A DNA stretch of 64,000 nt from Lama guanicoe (Eukaryota), in contig MU053933.1 in assembly GCA_013239625.1 (NCBI GenBank), forward strand, positions 932,001 to 996,000. The letters are read 5' to 3'. Positions 61,816 through 64,000 of the stretch are shown piece after piece (within the stretch, counting starts at the first letter, position 1; each line of letters opens with the position of its first letter). The notes below the pieces were generated by a model. That model was not told the origin of the DNA. It made no database searches and was given only the letters and a program-made list of their open reading frames with translations. The position numbers were made by a program, and so were the translations under genes.

Positions 61816-64000
61816 GCTTTGTCTGGCCCGTGTGAGCTGCTGTGTTAGGAGCTGTTTCTGCTTCTGTTGCTCAAGGAGGCACCACTAGAGCTGCCGTCTG
61901 TAAACCACAGGGCGCTGGTCGGCTTGTATTAAGTGGAATTCCCTGCCTTTTTTTTTTTTTTACCTTCTCAAGCATGTGATTCTTTGGAATCCAACATAAA
62001 TTCCGCCATTCCTCTTAATTCACCTTCAAAGCTCTTCTTCCTTTTACCAGACAGTGCTTTCCTTCTGCGAGGAGCCTGGGCCTCGTGGAGGTCAGAGGCC
62101 GTTGCATAAACACAAGACACGCAGGGCCTCCCTCGCTTCCTGGCTGGAGGGGGACCGTCCAGGGCCCCCCCTTCCTTCCTTGTTTGTGGGACACGGGCCG
62201 CCGTGCCAGGGACTCTGCCTCCAGCCTTTGTCCTGTGCCCTGGCCTGGCCCACAACCCACATGCTGGAGAGCTGGCCCCGGGGGCAACGTTCACCGTGGG
62301 TCCTGCAAACAACCCAGAAAACGCGAGGCTGAGACCGGACCTTGCTTTTCCCCTTGTCACCCGGGAAGCGTGCTTCGTGCAGGTTCCTTACTGAGGTCCT
62401 CGGAGGAAGCACTGAAACGCGGCCCCCTTCACGTGTCTGGAAACAGCTCTGGAAGCTCTGCAGCCCAGCCAGGCCCCACCTGCCCTTGGCGGCCTCTTGG
62501 GAGAGCCGGGCGGGGCGGATGGAGAAGAGGGTGGATGGAGCTGCCTCCATGACCGTGACCGTGACCATGCTGTGCTGTTGTCTGGGGCCCTGTGCCCAAA
62601 GCCGGCGTCCTTTTTAGGAAATCACCTAAAGGTTCTCGGCATCAGGGCAGCCGTGGCCTGTGGAGGCCCACAGAGCCCCTTCTAATGTCCCAGAGAGGAC
62701 AGCGGCGTCCAGGTGACGCCACCTTTGCCAGTCAGCCTGCTCGGGGCCCGCACCTGGATGGGGAGAATAAAGCGGGGCCTCCAGTGCTGGGTGGGGCTGG
62801 GGTGCCTCTGCTTTAGTTCGGGGATCTGCTCTGCGCCCAGTTAAAGCTTGAGGGGAATGCGTGGGCCGTGGCAGAGGAACCTGACAGCGTCTCAGCCGTC
62901 GTCGCCCTGTCGGGGCAGGACCTGCGGGGAGGCCCAGTGTCGACGGCCTTCTCCCTCCGCCAGGGTGGGAGGGCCCGCGGGGCAGCTGGGGAATCTTCCC
63001 ACAGGCAGCCCGGCTCCAGCAAGGCCGGGGAGCCCGCGGCCCGGGGCTGCTGGTGCCTGACTCCACCGTGGCTCTGGCCGTCTCCCGGCCTCCCCCTGCG
63101 GTCTGTCTCTTTAATTCCCACCACGCATTGCTTTTCTCTCCCATCGATTAATGCATTTCTGCCACCTCATTACTCACTATCAATCTCCTTGGCAACCAGG
63201 CTCTTCGTGAACCTAATTGCCAGAAATTCTGAATCTCTGAGGTTCAGATTAGCGATACGGTACTATGTTGCCCAAAAGGTTTCATCTTCACATCACCCGC
63301 AATCAGTGGCCAAGGAGTCTGAAATACATTGATTAATCAAACATGAGGCCTCCACCAAAAGCCATGATCTGGAGGCAGCTGCTGAAAGAAAGAGCATCCT
63401 TGACTTATTGATGACGGAAAAGAGCAAACAGGGAAACAGCAGCATGATTCCAGTTTTGTCTTTTTAAAAATTAAGAACAGATCGACAGATAGATACTTAG
63501 AAAGCACGAGGGTGGGGAAAAATGCCTGGAATCAATATATATAATATTAAATGAGTTGTTTTCTGGGCCAGTAGGGTCACGGATACCTTTTTAAGTATCC
63601 TTTGAGATGCTCTGTATTAACTCCATTTTCTGCAAGGATCACAGGTTATTTTGTGTTCAGCAAAATGGTGTTTGAAATGTAATAAATGTAACCGTGGACC
63701 TTGACTGGCAGGATGCAGCTACCCTGCTCGGACTCTGCACTGCGTGCACAGTCTCTTCCCCAGATCTGTTCGCTTCTGGGTCCAAGTCTACGCCACATGC
63801 CAGGTCTCTGCCCCGGATGTGTTCAACTCGATGAAACTGTCTGCGCTTCACGTGTTCACAGCCCCTTCCCCAGCCCCTTCCTACCACTGATGTTGAGTGT
63901 ACCATTTGCTGACATCAGCGCCCCCAAGGCAGCCCTGCAGACACAGCCCCACCGGGGGCCCCCTCCTCTGCGGGGTAGCTTCCCGCAGTGAGACCGAGGC

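Larger units (their letters stand above)
1..64000 (+). other. PDE9A: PDE9A transcription unit, partial (intron 1 through the intron after exon 7 equivalent)
   Basis: Ordered in-frame exons as above. No exon 1 (MGSGSS...) or catalytic-domain exon was recognised, so both window ends are inferred to be intronic. Confidence 0.8.

Noticed and set aside
58490..64000. Next PDE9A exon (LEGLKVVEIEKCKSD...)
   Set aside because: Not found by eye; it presumably lies beyond the window end.
1..64000. A novel multi-gene, defence or prokaryotic-type system
   Set aside because: Nearly everything is explained by one spliced mammalian gene plus interspersed repeats; there is no operon structure, intact transposase/RT ORF or RNA gene array.

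Overview
GC-rich mammalian genomic DNA. The tRNA-derived SINEs and L1 3' ends suggest a cetartiodactyl, most likely a camelid. The window appears to lie entirely inside the 5' half of PDE9A (cGMP-specific phosphodiesterase 9A) on the + strand. Five short coding exons with canonical AG/GT boundaries (24346-24416, 25716-25793, 31848-31891, 57486-57540, 58419-58489) splice in frame to [106 protein letters not shown]. Exon 1 and the catalytic-domain exons were not found in the window. The rest is intron filled with L1, L2, MIR, MLT1 LTRs, DNA-transposon relics, SINEs and simple repeats. I see no prokaryotic-type or multi-gene novel system, and nearly all ORFs in the supplied track are chance ORFs of GC-rich DNA. 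The most notable observations are: (1) an old MLT1A-type LTR plus flanking L1 apparently rewritten into an intronic CpG island, consistent with a GC-biased gene conversion hotspot; (2) a dead homologue of the human PDE9A1-specific 180-nt exon; (3) a probable L1 3' transduction; (4) stacked retro-insertions and an unusually long duplication around one SINE. Gene and repeat family names come from recalled sequences, not database searches, and repeat boundaries are approximate.
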